Below are positions 5,599-15,919 of a stretch of DNA of 64,000 bases, in pieces. Under the pieces are notes generated by a model. The model was not told where the DNA came from. It was given only the letters and a program-made list of their open reading frames with translations, and ran no database searches. The translations under genes and the position numbers were made by a program. The number at the start of each line of letters is the position of its first letter. Position 1 is the first letter of the stretch. Where the stretch lies: positions 1 through 64,000 of IMG/VR virus record IMGVR_UViG_3300042526_000097, one strand, 5' to 3'. Origin of the DNA: a virus.

Positions 5599-7680
5599 AT
5601 GTGGCATAATCTAGTAAATACTGAATACTTCAAGGAGGCAGCTAATGGCTTTAAGAAAAATGGAGGCAAGTACACTCTAGCCCCTAGAGGTTCTAAGGAC
5701 TACTTTGACTTTTGGCAGATGCATGAAGATAGATGTAAGAAAGGCTACAAGGTAGGTGGTACTTGGATTACAGGTAGACACTACTTCCATCTTAACTTCC
5801 AACCTATGTGGAAGACAGATGATGCTGTAGCATTAAGAGCATTTGAAGAAGCTAGAGATAAAGGTGGTAGGATATCTAAAAGAACTGCTGATAAGATATT
5901 AGACTTTCCAAGATTCCACGAGATGCAATATGAATGGTGGAGATTTAAACACATAGCTTGGAATGGTGGAACATTTATGGGAATAGACTCACCAGGGGGT
6001 AAGCACATGTGTTGTGCCAAGACTCGTGGAGCAGGATTCTCTTACATGGAAGCTGCTGATGGTGTGTACAACTACAACTTCATTCCCGGTTCTAAGTCAT
6101 ACTATTTTGCATCCACAGAACAATACCTAACAGTAGATGGTATTTTAGTTAAAGTACAAGAGGGACTAGATTGGATTAACAACCATTGTCCTTATTGGAA
6201 ACAGAACAGACAGAAGAAGAATACAATGATGCATCAGAAAGCATCTTACTTAGATCAGTATGGAGAAGAGCAGGGTTCTATGGCTGAGATTATGGGAGTC
6301 ATTGTAGACAACGCTAATAAGACTAGGGGTAAGAGGGGAAAGAAAGCAGTCTTTGAGGAAGCAGGTTCTTTTAAGAATCTTAAAGCTGCCTTAGAAATCA
6401 ACATGGGTTCTATGAGAGATGGTGACTTCTATGTAGGTCAGATATCAGTCTTTGGAACAGGTGGGGAAGAGGGCCCTTCAATTGAGGGACTTGAAGATGT
6501 CTTTATGAATCCTCATCAGTGGGACATGCTATCCTTTCCTAACATCTGGGAAGCTGGAGCAGACTCTGAGACAGGATACTTTGTTCCTTCCTTTAGGGCC
6601 AACTTTGTGTATACTGATAAAGATGGAAACACAGACATAGAGAAGTCACTACTATCTGATAATGAAGAGAGAGTTAAGAAGTCCAAGTCTAGAGATCCTA
6701 AAGATATTGATAGAAGAAAGGCTGAGTACCCACAAAGACCTTCTGAACTATTCCAACGATTACAACTCAATGACTTTAATGTCCACGAGATAGACCAACA
6801 GATTAAGAGGATTGAATCATCTACTACTATACAAGCCCTACTACGTCATGGTAACCTAGTATCTTCAGAATCTGATACAGCTTTAAATGGTGTAGAGTTT
6901 TTACCTGACAGCAAGGCTAAGCCTATAAACCAATACCCACATAAGAGAGGGGACGACCTTACAGGTTGTGTGACTATATGTGAAAGACCTTACAAGGACC
7001 AGAACGGTAAAGTACCATCAGGTATGTACAAGTTAGTCTTTGACTCCTTCTACAAAGATGATGCTGATGACCTTACTTCTTTATTTGACATTAGAGTCTT
7101 TAAACTAGACAACCCACACGATAGTTCCTACACAGGATTACCAATAGCTTGGTATACAGGTAGACCTAAACTAGCTAGGTGCCACGAGATACTATTCAAC
7201 CTATGTATGTACTATAATGCTACTGCTCAAGGGGAGATATCAGGTGGAGGACAATCAGTCTTAGACTATGCTAAGCAAAAGAGACTATTACATTGGTTAG
7301 ACTTTGAACCTGAGATGTTACACAACAAGGAGATAGCTTCAAAACAAAAGAACAGGTCTTACCTTATGAACATGACTACTGATAGAAAGAAGATGGGTAT
7401 GACTTATATGGCTGAGTGGCACATGGAGATTAGGGGAGTAAGAGCAGACCACACGCCTATCTACAATGTCCATCAGATATATGATGTAGGTCTACTAAGA
7501 GAAATGAGAAGAGGTGGTATACAGAACTCTGATAGAATGTCTTCTACACTTATAGCTATGTTTATGATTAAAGAGAATGTAGCTTATAGAGTAAAAACAG
7601 CACAAACAAAAAGTGACTTTTACTCAAGAACTTTGTTTACAGGAACATCCATTGCAGAAGACAATACATCTCTCTATTAA
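5599..7680 (+). CDS. terL: Terminase large subunit
   Basis: KTRGAGFSY (crAss-type Walker A), VFEEAG (Walker B), GTGG coupling motif, C-terminal RNase H-like acidic residues (VFDSF, SDRMS). Confidence 0.93.
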   Translation: MWHNLVNTEYFKEAANGFKKNGGKYTLAPRGSKDYFDFWQMHEDRCKKGYKVGGTWITGRHYFHLNFQPMWKTDDAVALRAFEEARDKGGRISKRTADKILDFPRFHEMQYEWWRFKHIAWNGGTFMGIDSPGGKHMCCAKTRGAGFSYMEAADGVYNYNFIPGSKSYYFASTEQYLTVDGILVKVQEGLDWINNHCPYWKQNRQKKNTMMHQKASYLDQYGEEQGSMAEIMGVIVDNANKTRGKRGKKAVFEEAGSFKNLKAALEINMGSMRDGDFYVGQISVFGTGGEEGPSIEGLEDVFMNPHQWDMLSFPNIWEAGADSETGYFVPSFRANFVYTDKDGNTDIEKSLLSDNEERVKKSKSRDPKDIDRRKAEYPQRPSELFQRLQLNDFNVHEIDQQIKRIESSTTIQALLRHGNLVSSESDTALNGVEFLPDSKAKPINQYPHKRGDDLTGCVTICERPYKDQNGKVPSGMYKLVFDSFYKDDADDLTSLFDIRVFKLDNPHDSSYTGLPIAWYTGRPKLARCHEILFNLCMYYNATAQGEISGGGQSVLDYAKQKRLLHWLDFEPEMLHNKEIASKQKNRSYLMNMTTDRKKMGMTYMAEWHMEIRGVRADHTPIYNVHQIYDVGLLREMRRGGIQNSDRMSSTLIAMFMIKENVAYRVKTAQTKSDFYSRTLFTGTSIAEDNTSLY

Positions 7681-7688
7681 AAGTTTTG

Positions 7689-7696
7689 TATCTTTG
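7689..7696 (+). promoter_or_regulatory. TAnnTTTG promoter box before portal
   Basis: TATCTTTG in the intergenic gap, 16 nt before the ATG. Confidence 0.6.
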
Positions 7697-7712
7697 TAAA
7701 AAATAGTGTATC

Positions 7713-10112
7713 ATGGGTGAGATAACCAGTTCTGGCAAACCAATGCAAACCCTTTTATGGGCTGATAAAATCAAAGACAACGGTAAGTGGTTTGAGAATT
7801 GCTGCAACTACTATGTAGGTGTAAGTAGATTCTACGGCCGTACAAGGAGTAATGATGCTAGAGACCTTAAAGTCTTGTATGATGTATACAATGCAAAGTT
7901 CCCTACTGATTGGTTTCTACAACATACAGATCCACTATCAGCTAAAGACCCTAAGCACAAACAGTTCCCGGCTAAGATAAGACCTGTTTGTATCCTTAGA
8001 ACCAACTTGGATCTTCTAATGGCTGAATACCCTAGGAGACCATTTATCTACCAAGTCAACAACATATCAGATGATGGGTACTCTAGATACCAAGAAGAGT
8101 TAAAGTCTCAGGTAACATCTAACATCACAGAGCACTTTAGGAACATGCTGATGAAACAGATGATGCAAGAAGGTTTACTTACTGAAGATGGACAACCTGC
8201 ATCAGAAGAAGCAGTTCAACAAGTTCAAGATAGACTAGACTCTCTAGAGATACCTGATGGTATTAAGAGTAAGTTCTCATCATCATACAAAGATGCAGTA
8301 GCTATCAAGGGACAAAGATGGTTAACTAGAATCATAGCAGAATCCTACCTACGTCAGAAGTTAAACAAGTGTTTTAAACATTGGGTAATAGTAGGGGAGA
8401 CTTACTCTTTTAAAACTATAGAGAACAATCAGTTTGTCTACAGAGCTATATCTCCATTGATGATTGACTATGATAAATCTCCTGAAGAGGACTTCATAGA
8501 AGATGGTGAGTGGGTAGTGTTTGAAGACTTTGTAACAGTCTCAGATGCAGTAGATAGATACTACACTGAACTAGTAGAAGATAACATTAAGAAGATGGAG
8601 CAGACTACCATCTATAACTCCCCTACACACCTCTATGACCATTTATCATCTACCCTTGAAACATCAAGAGGTAATAAGGTAAGAATACTACACACAGTTT
8701 GGAAGGGTAAGAAAAAATGGGGTATGCTGACTAGAATGAACCCTGAGACTCAAGAGGTAGAGACAATAGAAGTAGATGAGGACTACCCAGTAGATACAAC
8801 AACTGAATCAGTAGAATGGCACTGGGCTAATGAGATATATGAATGTACTAAGTTGTCTCACGACATCTACCTTAGGAAAAGAGCATTCCCTTTTCAACGT
8901 AACTCAATGTCTAACTTCTCTAAGACTAAACTACCTTACAATGGTAGGAAGTTCTCAGACACTCACTCACAGAATGTTTCTGTAATGGAGATTGGCCTTC
9001 CTCTTCAAATCATGTACATCATTATTACCTATACCCTTGAACGTACTATAGCAAGAAGTAAAGGTAAGATAGTACTATTAGATCAGAATGTAATACCAAG
9101 AGAAGAAGGATGGGATGAAGAGAAGTTCTTCTACTATGCAGAAGCTATGGGTTATGGTCTTATCAATAGAAACCAAGTAGGTGTAGATAAAGGATACAAT
9201 CAATACCAGGTTTTAGATATGAGTCTGTATGACTCTATTAAACAGCTGATAGATTTACAGATGCACTTTAAGTCTGAGTGGGATGACCTTATAGGAATCA
9301 ACAGACAACGTAAGGGACAAACCTATGCATCAGACTTAGTGGGAGTTAATGAAAGAGCTACCTTCCAATCTACAGTTATTACTGATATGATATTTAACCT
9401 ATTCGAAGAGTGGGTAGAAAGAGAACTACAGGGTATATTAGACTTGACTAAGTTCTTAGCTATAGATGGTGTCTACAAGGTATGGAATAGCACTGACCTT
9501 AATACTGAAATCCTAGAGATTGAACCTACTGAGTATTGCTCTGCAGACCTAGGTATTATGGTACAATCTTCTGCTGAAGCTATGGCTATTAAGAACAAGC
9601 TAGAAGGCAGTGTACAAGCAATGCTTCAAAACAATGTAAAACCTTCTACTATCTTACACATACTCAAGTCACAGAACATAGCTGACCTAGAGTCCAAGTT
9701 AAATCATATTGAAGAGATACAAGCTAAGGCAGAACAGCAATCAGCTCAATCTCAACAAGAAGCCGAAGCTGCTGCTGATGAACGTAAGAAACAGTTTATG
9801 GAATACCAAGAGTTGCTGAAGAGAGGTTCAATGCAAGAAGAGTATGATAGAAAAGAAGATATAGAGAATATTAGAGGAACTTTCAGTACTTTTACATTCC
9901 AAAACGGAGATGCAAACAATAATGGAATTCCTGATGCCACAGAAGTTGCTAAGCTTACTCTAGAAAGAGAGAAGTTTATGGCAACCCTACAAGGCCAAAG
10001 GGAAGCTAGAGTACATGATGCAAGAGAAAAAGAAAAGGACAGAGCACTTAAAGGTCAAGAGATTGCCTCTAAGGAAAAGATTGCAAAATCTAAACCTGCC
10101 CCAAAGAAGTAA
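7713..10112 (+). CDS. Portal protein
   Basis: 799 aa after TerL; crAss-portal-like segments (KLPYNG, IGINRQRKGQ) and a C-terminal coiled coil with DANNNGIPD. Confidence 0.9.
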   Translation: MGEITSSGKPMQTLLWADKIKDNGKWFENCCNYYVGVSRFYGRTRSNDARDLKVLYDVYNAKFPTDWFLQHTDPLSAKDPKHKQFPAKIRPVCILRTNLDLLMAEYPRRPFIYQVNNISDDGYSRYQEELKSQVTSNITEHFRNMLMKQMMQEGLLTEDGQPASEEAVQQVQDRLDSLEIPDGIKSKFSSSYKDAVAIKGQRWLTRIIAESYLRQKLNKCFKHWVIVGETYSFKTIENNQFVYRAISPLMIDYDKSPEEDFIEDGEWVVFEDFVTVSDAVDRYYTELVEDNIKKMEQTTIYNSPTHLYDHLSSTLETSRGNKVRILHTVWKGKKKWGMLTRMNPETQEVETIEVDEDYPVDTTTESVEWHWANEIYECTKLSHDIYLRKRAFPFQRNSMSNFSKTKLPYNGRKFSDTHSQNVSVMEIGLPLQIMYIIITYTLERTIARSKGKIVLLDQNVIPREEGWDEEKFFYYAEAMGYGLINRNQVGVDKGYNQYQVLDMSLYDSIKQLIDLQMHFKSEWDDLIGINRQRKGQTYASDLVGVNERATFQSTVITDMIFNLFEEWVERELQGILDLTKFLAIDGVYKVWNSTDLNTEILEIEPTEYCSADLGIMVQSSAEAMAIKNKLEGSVQAMLQNNVKPSTILHILKSQNIADLESKLNHIEEIQAKAEQQSAQSQQEAEAAADERKKQFMEYQELLKRGSMQEEYDRKEDIENIRGTFSTFTFQNGDANNNGIPDATEVAKLTLEREKFMATLQGQREARVHDAREKEKDRALKGQEIASKEKIAKSKPAPKK

Positions 10113-10127
10113 ACTTAAACTAGAAAT

Positions 10128-11237
10128 ATGAAGTTCGTAAAACTTTACAGAGAACCCGGCAGTCCAAGTTCCGGGGGAGGTGAACCATTACCTCCAAGCT
10201 TGGCAGACATAGACAACAATGCAGAACCTGTTAAGGTAGACCCACCTACAAACCTTGCAAACCTTACACAAGACCCACCACCTGAACCTGTAGAAGGATT
10301 AGATGCTGATGGTAATCTATTGGAAGGTTATGAAGAGTTAGAAGATGGTACAATCCAAAAGGCTGCAACAGATCCTGCTGAACCTGTAGACCCTGATGAA
10401 CCTATAGATTCTACAGAGTTTTGGACTAACGTAGACAACTTAACAGGTAAGCCTGTAGAGGTTGAATATGGAGATGTAGATCCCTTATCCCCTGAAGGTG
10501 TAGCTATGAGAGAATCAGTAGTAAGGGATTCTGCAGTTAAGGAATTTGATGAGTACATCAAAGGCCAATACCCTAGAGCTTACTCATACTTCTTACACGT
10601 GCAAGGAGGCGGTTCTGATGAAGAGTTCTTTACTGAACCTTCTCAAGGATTAGTAGACAGAGATACCTTTGAGTCAGACCCTGACATCCAAGCTAATTGG
10701 ATACTCAATGACTTCTATCGTAAAGGTATACCTGAAGAGGTTGCACAAGCTACCATAGACAACTACATAAAGAACAATCAACTAAGAGAACGTGCCCTTA
10801 AGGTTTACAATGAGCAAGAGACTTTTGACAAACAAAGACTAGCTCAGATGGAAGAACAGGACCGTGTAACTAGAGAGTCTTTCCAAAGTAATGTAAACAA
10901 CCTTTCAAGTGTACTTGATAAGACTATCAAGAATGATATGAAGGTAGTAGTACCTGAATCTAAGCAAGCAGACTTCAAGAAGTTTGTAATGGATAAGGTA
11001 CAACATGATGGACAGAAGTTCTTCTTTGTACAAGAAGTAGGTAGTGATGTGAATACAGCAATGGATGCATTGTACCTACAATATGTAAAAGGAGACCTAA
11101 ACTCTATCATAGAGAAAAGAGCACAGTCAAAAGCCGTACAGAGATTAGGACAACGTATCAAGTCTGATAGAAGTAAAAGTTCTGGGTCAGGAGATGACAG
11201 AAGTTCAAAAGGTTATGTAACTTTGGGTGAAATTTAA
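10128..11237 (+). CDS. Putative scaffolding protein
   Basis: Acidic, Pro-rich N-terminus and helical C-terminus; lies between portal and major capsid. Confidence 0.7.
   Translation: MKFVKLYREPGSPSSGGGEPLPPSLADIDNNAEPVKVDPPTNLANLTQDPPPEPVEGLDADGNLLEGYEELEDGTIQKAATDPAEPVDPDEPIDSTEFWTNVDNLTGKPVEVEYGDVDPLSPEGVAMRESVVRDSAVKEFDEYIKGQYPRAYSYFLHVQGGGSDEEFFTEPSQGLVDRDTFESDPDIQANWILNDFYRKGIPEEVAQATIDNYIKNNQLRERALKVYNEQETFDKQRLAQMEEQDRVTRESFQSNVNNLSSVLDKTIKNDMKVVVPESKQADFKKFVMDKVQHDGQKFFFVQEVGSDVNTAMDALYLQYVKGDLNSIIEKRAQSKAVQRLGQRIKSDRSKSSGSGDDRSSKGYVTLGEI
11218..11225 (+). promoter_or_regulatory. TAnnTTTG box upstream of the major capsid gene
   Basis: TAACTTTG 34 nt before the ATG, inside the end of the previous gene. 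Confidence 0.45.
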
Positions 11238-11259
11238 TTATTAACAAAAAAACTATAAA

Positions 11260-12774
11260 ATGGCAAATCAAGTTTATCCTGCGTATAAATACCAGGTACA
11301 AGAACAAATCTTCGATGCAAAGTCGATGCTAGATGAGACCAACTTTTATCATCAACGTCAGGGGGCTCCCTCTATTTTGACTGCTAAGTTGACCTACATC
11401 TTAGGTGATTACAACAAAGCTTTTCCTCTGTCTGGTATGACAGTAGGTGGAGTAGGGTACGGTGCTAACAACACTACTAAAGAGATTGATGACGTGCAGT
11501 TCACTTATCCAGTTATGGGTCGTGATGACAAGGCTTGTCCTATCTTAACTACTAACGGTGGTACAACACTAGGTATTGGTAACCAACCTTTCTACCTGAC
11601 GTTTGCAGACAACTGGATCAAACGATTCTACATCATTCAATCTCAAGGTGGAGCTCAGGCTTATGTACTTGAAGATGCTGAACCACAACCAACAGGTGGA
11701 TTCCGTTACAAAGTTGTATTGGATCCTGCTGGTCCTTCTGACTACCTTGCTGCTTCTGAAGCTACTGCAGGTTGTAACTGGGTTCCTTTACATACAGCTG
11801 TAGCAGAATCTGAGTCTCGTACTACAGAAACTGGTATGGTTATGCCGGGCTTGTTCAAGAACCAAATGGGTTTCATGAGAACAGGTATGAGTTGGGCAGG
11901 TAATGCTGCTAACAAAGTAATGAAGATTGACATTACTAACCAAGACGGAAAGACTACAAATGTTTGGATGGACTGGTTTATGTGGCAGTTTGAAAAGCGT
12001 TGGTTGTCTGACTGTGAGCACTACTACTGGTACTCTCGTTACAACCGTCTAGCTGATGGTACTATCCCATTGAAAGATATGTTGACAGGTAAAGTTATCC
12101 CACGTGGTTCAGGTGTTCTTGAGCAAATTGGTAACAAGTCTACTTACTCTAAAATGACCTACAACACACTTGCTAACAAAGTGGGTGATGCTTTATTTGG
12201 TCAGACAGATTCAGGTAGTATGTCTATCACTTTGATGACAGGTACAGGTGGATACCGTGAGTTTGACCGTGCAATGAAAGATGCAGGTGCTCAAATCCTT
12301 GGACCATTAGGTGCTGGTGATATTGCATCTCGCTTCGTAACAGGTACAGGTCGTAACCTTGCTTTAGGTGGCTTCTTTGATACCTTCTACCATATTGATG
12401 GATACACTATCAAAGTGAAGAAGAACCCAATCTTTGACGTAGGCCGTGTAGCTATTGCTTCACCTAAGCATCCTGAGACTGGTCTTCCTTTGGAGTCTTA
12501 TCGTATGGTATTCTTGGATGATTCTGACATTGATGGTCAGCCTAACATTATGCACGTTGCACAGAAAGGACGTTCTTTCATTGACGGTGTAATCCCAGGT
12601 CTTACTCCAATGCCTAAGTCTTTGCAAATCCTATCTGGTAACTCAGGTATGCAAGCTTCGAAACTCTTAGCAACTGATCAAGATAAATCAGCATACACTC
12701 GTATGAAGTCTGCTGGTATCCAGATCTTACGTGCTAATCGTTGCTTCGACCTACAATGTGTTGCTGGACTTTAA
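11260..12774 (+). CDS. Major capsid protein (HK97 fold, crAss-like)
   Basis: 504 aa; crAss-MCP-like motifs (GSGVLEQI, TGTGGYREF, HPETGLPLESYRM); biased codon use; followed by a terminator. Confidence 0.92.
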   Translation: MANQVYPAYKYQVQEQIFDAKSMLDETNFYHQRQGAPSILTAKLTYILGDYNKAFPLSGMTVGGVGYGANNTTKEIDDVQFTYPVMGRDDKACPILTTNGGTTLGIGNQPFYLTFADNWIKRFYIIQSQGGAQAYVLEDAEPQPTGGFRYKVVLDPAGPSDYLAASEATAGCNWVPLHTAVAESESRTTETGMVMPGLFKNQMGFMRTGMSWAGNAANKVMKIDITNQDGKTTNVWMDWFMWQFEKRWLSDCEHYYWYSRYNRLADGTIPLKDMLTGKVIPRGSGVLEQIGNKSTYSKMTYNTLANKVGDALFGQTDSGSMSITLMTGTGGYREFDRAMKDAGAQILGPLGAGDIASRFVTGTGRNLALGGFFDTFYHIDGYTIKVKKNPIFDVGRVAIASPKHPETGLPLESYRMVFLDDSDIDGQPNIMHVAQKGRSFIDGVIPGLTPMPKSLQILSGNSGMQASKLLATDQDKSAYTRMKSAGIQILRANRCFDLQCVAGL

Positions 12775-12781
12775 TCATAAA

Positions 12782-12809
12782 GGAGGGGCCTAAAAACCCC
12801 TCCACTTTT
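12782..12809 (+). terminator. Intrinsic terminator after the major capsid gene
   Basis: GGAGGGG-CCTAAAAA-CCCCTCC-ACTTTT. Confidence 0.75.
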
Positions 12810-12832
12810 AAAAACTCTAAATAATAATAAAC

Positions 12833-13456
12833 ATGAAAAAGATTCTTTTAGTCTTAGCCCTGACTTTAACGGGCTTCTTATCACAAGCTCAAGTAACAGT
12901 ATCATCAGGTGCACACCCTAACTGGAATCTTGACACAGCATACGCAACTGGGGCTGCTTCACAAACAGGTAGTTGGTTTGGAAAAACTATTAGTGTGCCT
13001 ACTAATTTCATTTTAAATATTGATGTTAAGATTGTAACAGACAGTACATGCGTAGCTTCAGGAGGATTGACTACAGGTACTAAAGTAATGATCTATGGTT
13101 CTATGGACAATGTATATTGGACAAAAGTAGGAAGTGCATCAAATTATAATCCTCCTATAAGTTGGTCAGTGTCACCACTAACTTCTTTTGATGTTGCTAC
13201 ATACCCTAATAATACTTATACGGCTTATGGAAGTTCAACCTCATTTGATATAGCAGCTTTAACGGCAGATGCTGCAGCCTTACCTACGGCTGTACCCCTA
13301 ATTGCTGGTGTTCATTCTGGTTATTTTATACATGCTACTATTAAACAGCCTGAGTTTTCCTACTACAAAGTAGTAGTACTTTTTGCAACTAATACTACTA
13401 CCGGTACTCATAGGGCAAAAGCTGCAGCTCGTTACTACTTACGTAAACCTTACTAG
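12833..13456 (+). CDS. Secreted/periplasmic beta-rich protein with Sec signal peptide
   Basis: MKKILLVLALTLTGFLSQA|Q is a classical SPI signal with +1 Gln, typical of Bacteroidota. Confidence 0.8.
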   Translation: MKKILLVLALTLTGFLSQAQVTVSSGAHPNWNLDTAYATGAASQTGSWFGKTISVPTNFILNIDVKIVTDSTCVASGGLTTGTKVMIYGSMDNVYWTKVGSASNYNPPISWSVSPLTSFDVATYPNNTYTAYGSSTSFDIAALTADAAALPTAVPLIAGVHSGYFIHATIKQPEFSYYKVVVLFATNTTTGTHRAKAAARYYLRKPY

Positions 13457-13476
13457 TTCTTACTTACTTTATAAAG

Positions 13477-13505
13477 AAAGCTCTGAAATACTTCAGGGCT
13501 TTTTT
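13477..13505 (+). terminator. Intrinsic terminator
   Basis: AAAGCTCTGAA-ATAC-TTCAGGGCTTT-TTT. Confidence 0.8.
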
Positions 13506-13533
13506 GTTTGTAAGATAAAGTACCATATCTTTG
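13503..13533 (+). promoter_or_regulatory. Bacteroidota promoter TTTG-N19-TATCTTTG
   Basis: TTTG at 13503-13506 and TATCTTTG at 13526-13533, at consensus spacing. Confidence 0.7.
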
Positions 13534-13552
13534 TAGCAGAAAACAGTATCTA

Positions 13553-14437
13553 ATGAAAAGCAAAACTTTAAACTCAAGAAAGATAACCATCTACCGTTCC
13601 GGTTCTTTCCTCTCTGTAGCACAGGGAAAAGATGTACAAGACTTCTTCTCTTCCTCTAAGAGGTCTATAGGCTCATACTTTGAATCTGGAGCTTCCAGAC
13701 GTATAGGTACTGGATTAAGCTTTGATGAAGAGGCTCTATTACTGCCACACATCTTAGATGTACCTGCAGAGCATACAGAGTTTAGAAAGAAGTTAAATGA
13801 GTTCTATCAAGACATGGACACCTCAGTGCCTTATGATACTGGTAGAATCTTAGAGATTGGATTAGACCACTCTAATACTGATAATGTATCTAAAGGTAAT
13901 ATGCCTCTAGACATCATGGACTACTTACGTTACAGGCATGCAATCAAACATCCACAGGTAGCCTTGAGTAAAGATACTGCAGATGGCAATACCTTAAAAG
14001 AGTTCTACATCTTTGACAAGTTTGAAGTATCTAAGAAGTCTTCTAAGCAATTGGAAGTTAAAGATGCTGCATTAGCTATTTACCAAGAAATCAAATCTGA
14101 TGATACTAAGGTTAGAATGGCTCTAGTGTTGTTAGGTATAAACCCTGATAGATTAGAATCTGGAGACCACATAGAGACACTACGTGGAGCTGCAGAGAAA
14201 GATCCTAAGAAGTTCTTAGAAGTCATGGGAGACAAGGAGTTTGAAATCAACTTCTGGATTCAGTCCATGGTAAACTACAAGATTGTAAAAGTCTTTGGTA
14301 AGAAGTACTTCGATGCTGAGACTGACAAGCTTATAGGTAATGACCTAGAAGAGACTATCTACTTCTTTAAGGATGATGTTAACTCTGACCTAATAGGTAC
14401 AATGAAAGCAAGACTACAAGACAAGCAGTTGTCATAA
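13553..14437 (+). CDS. Conserved crAss-like capsid-block protein (gene 75-like)
   Basis: 294 aa after the capsid gene; PLDIMDYLRYR..HPQVA and IGNDLEETIYFFK resemble this family; synteny. Confidence 0.65.
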   Translation: MKSKTLNSRKITIYRSGSFLSVAQGKDVQDFFSSSKRSIGSYFESGASRRIGTGLSFDEEALLLPHILDVPAEHTEFRKKLNEFYQDMDTSVPYDTGRILEIGLDHSNTDNVSKGNMPLDIMDYLRYRHAIKHPQVALSKDTADGNTLKEFYIFDKFEVSKKSSKQLEVKDAALAIYQEIKSDDTKVRMALVLLGINPDRLESGDHIETLRGAAEKDPKKFLEVMGDKEFEINFWIQSMVNYKIVKVFGKKYFDAETDKLIGNDLEETIYFFKDDVNSDLIGTMKARLQDKQLS

Positions 14438-14457
14438 TCTTATAGTTACTTAAGTAT

Positions 14458-14516
14458 ATAAACCGTATAGTAAGGATATGCCAAAAGCTGTCTTTAAACT
14501 ATACGGTTTATCTTTG
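14458..14516 (+). promoter_or_regulatory. 14-bp inverted repeat overlapping a TATCTTTG promoter box
   Basis: ATAAACCGTATAGT (14458-14471) and ACTATACGGTTTAT (14498-14511); box at 14509-14516, ATG at 14521. Confidence 0.7.
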
Positions 14517-14520
14517 TTGC

Positions 14521-15498
14521 ATGTCTAAAGTAAACATTGCACGAGAGTATCGTGACAAACATGGCATGGAGATGCCAACAACCAAGCTTGCTCGTATCAT
14601 GTACAATGAGAACAAGCTAATGTTTAAAGACGTTGAAGCTGCAAGAAGTTGTCTTCGAGATATTGAAGGAAAGAATCGTTCAAATGTCAAAGTGACTCAC
14701 AAAGTAGAGCATCCTAGACCAATGAACCCTTACAATCTACCTCCTTCAGAAGAAACAGACTACACTCCTTACAAGATATCAGGAGTTAAAAACCTAGGAG
14801 TTATCTGTGACTTGCATGCTCCATACCACTCAGTAGAAGCTACCTCTATTGCTATCAAGTATCTTAAAGATCAGAAGATAGATGGACTACTACTTAATGG
14901 GGATGCTATAGACTGTCACAAGTTAAGTAACTACGTAAGAGACCCTAAGAAAAGAGACTTCAAGTATGAACTAGATGTCTTTAAGAGTATCTTTGAAATA
15001 CTACAAAAGCAGTTAAAGTGTCCTATATTCTACAAGTTAGGAAACCATGAGGAGAGATATGAAAACTTCTTGTACACTAAGGCTAGTGAACTTGTAGGTG
15101 TAGAAGAGTTTGAATTCTGTAACATCCTTAAAGCTAGGGCAAGAGGTATAGAAATCATAAGTGACAAGAAGATTATACAAGCTAACAACTTGAACATAGT
15201 ACATGGCCATGAGTTCAGAGGAGGGATATCTGCTCCTGTAAACATTGCTAGAGGTCTGTACACTAAAGCTAAAGTCTGTGCCCTACAAGGACATAACCAT
15301 CAAACATCAGAACATACTGAACCTGACATGCTAGGCAATGTAACTACTACTTGGTCTGTAGGTTGCTTATCAGAACTTCATCCAGCTTACATGCCTATCA
15401 ACAAGTGGAACTGGGGAGTAGCTAGTGTTGAGTTAGATACCAATAAGAAAGACTTTATAGTACACAATAAAAGAATCTCTAAAGGTAGAATATTGTGA
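14521..15498 (+). CDS. Calcineurin-like metallophosphoesterase with a short N-terminal helical domain
   Basis: DLH, NGDAID, GNHE, HGH and GHNH metal-binding motifs in order. Confidence 0.9.
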   Translation: MSKVNIAREYRDKHGMEMPTTKLARIMYNENKLMFKDVEAARSCLRDIEGKNRSNVKVTHKVEHPRPMNPYNLPPSEETDYTPYKISGVKNLGVICDLHAPYHSVEATSIAIKYLKDQKIDGLLLNGDAIDCHKLSNYVRDPKKRDFKYELDVFKSIFEILQKQLKCPIFYKLGNHEERYENFLYTKASELVGVEEFEFCNILKARARGIEIISDKKIIQANNLNIVHGHEFRGGISAPVNIARGLYTKAKVCALQGHNHQTSEHTEPDMLGNVTTTWSVGCLSELHPAYMPINKWNWGVASVELDTNKKDFIVHNKRISKGRIL

Positions 15499-15908
15499 TA
15501 CTTAAAAAAGCCACTCCTGCAGATGTTAAGGAACTTAAAGTTCTTGATGACTACTGCTTCCCCGGTTGTGGAAATGAGTTTAAATCTAAAAGAATTTGGT
15601 GGCTTATAAGGGATAACAATTATATAGTTGCTTATTGTGGTGCTATCTTTACTGATAATATCTGCATCTTTAACAGAGCCTGGGTACATAATAACTATAG
15701 GGGTAGAGGCATACAAAAGAAGATGATAGCTGCAAGACTAAAAGAGGCTAGGTCACAGGGTTGCTACAAGGCAATAACATACACTCTACCATCTAATCTA
15801 CATTCTGCAAACAACCTTATGGATAAAGGATTTAGACTATACTACCCACAATACTGCTGGGTTGGATCAGAACAGTTGTACTTCTTTAAAGATTTGTTAC
15901 CTTTGTAA
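15495..15908 (+). CDS. GNAT-family acetyltransferase
   Basis: VHNNYRGRGI acetyl-CoA motif A; N..S.N.L...GF C-terminal motif. Confidence 0.88.
   Translation: MILKKATPADVKELKVLDDYCFPGCGNEFKSKRIWWLIRDNNYIVAYCGAIFTDNICIFNRAWVHNNYRGRGIQKKMIAARLKEARSQGCYKAITYTLPSNLHSANNLMDKGFRLYYPQYCWVGSEQLYFFKDLLPL
15898..15905 (+). promoter_or_regulatory. TAnnTTTG box
   Basis: TACCTTTG 14 nt before ATG 15920. Confidence 0.55.
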
Positions 15909-15919
15909 AAATATCAGAC

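Noticed and set aside
5599-12774. Introns or inteins in TerL, portal or capsid genes
   Set aside because: ORFs are continuous and of ordinary length, with no intein termini or homing-endonuclease motifs recognised.
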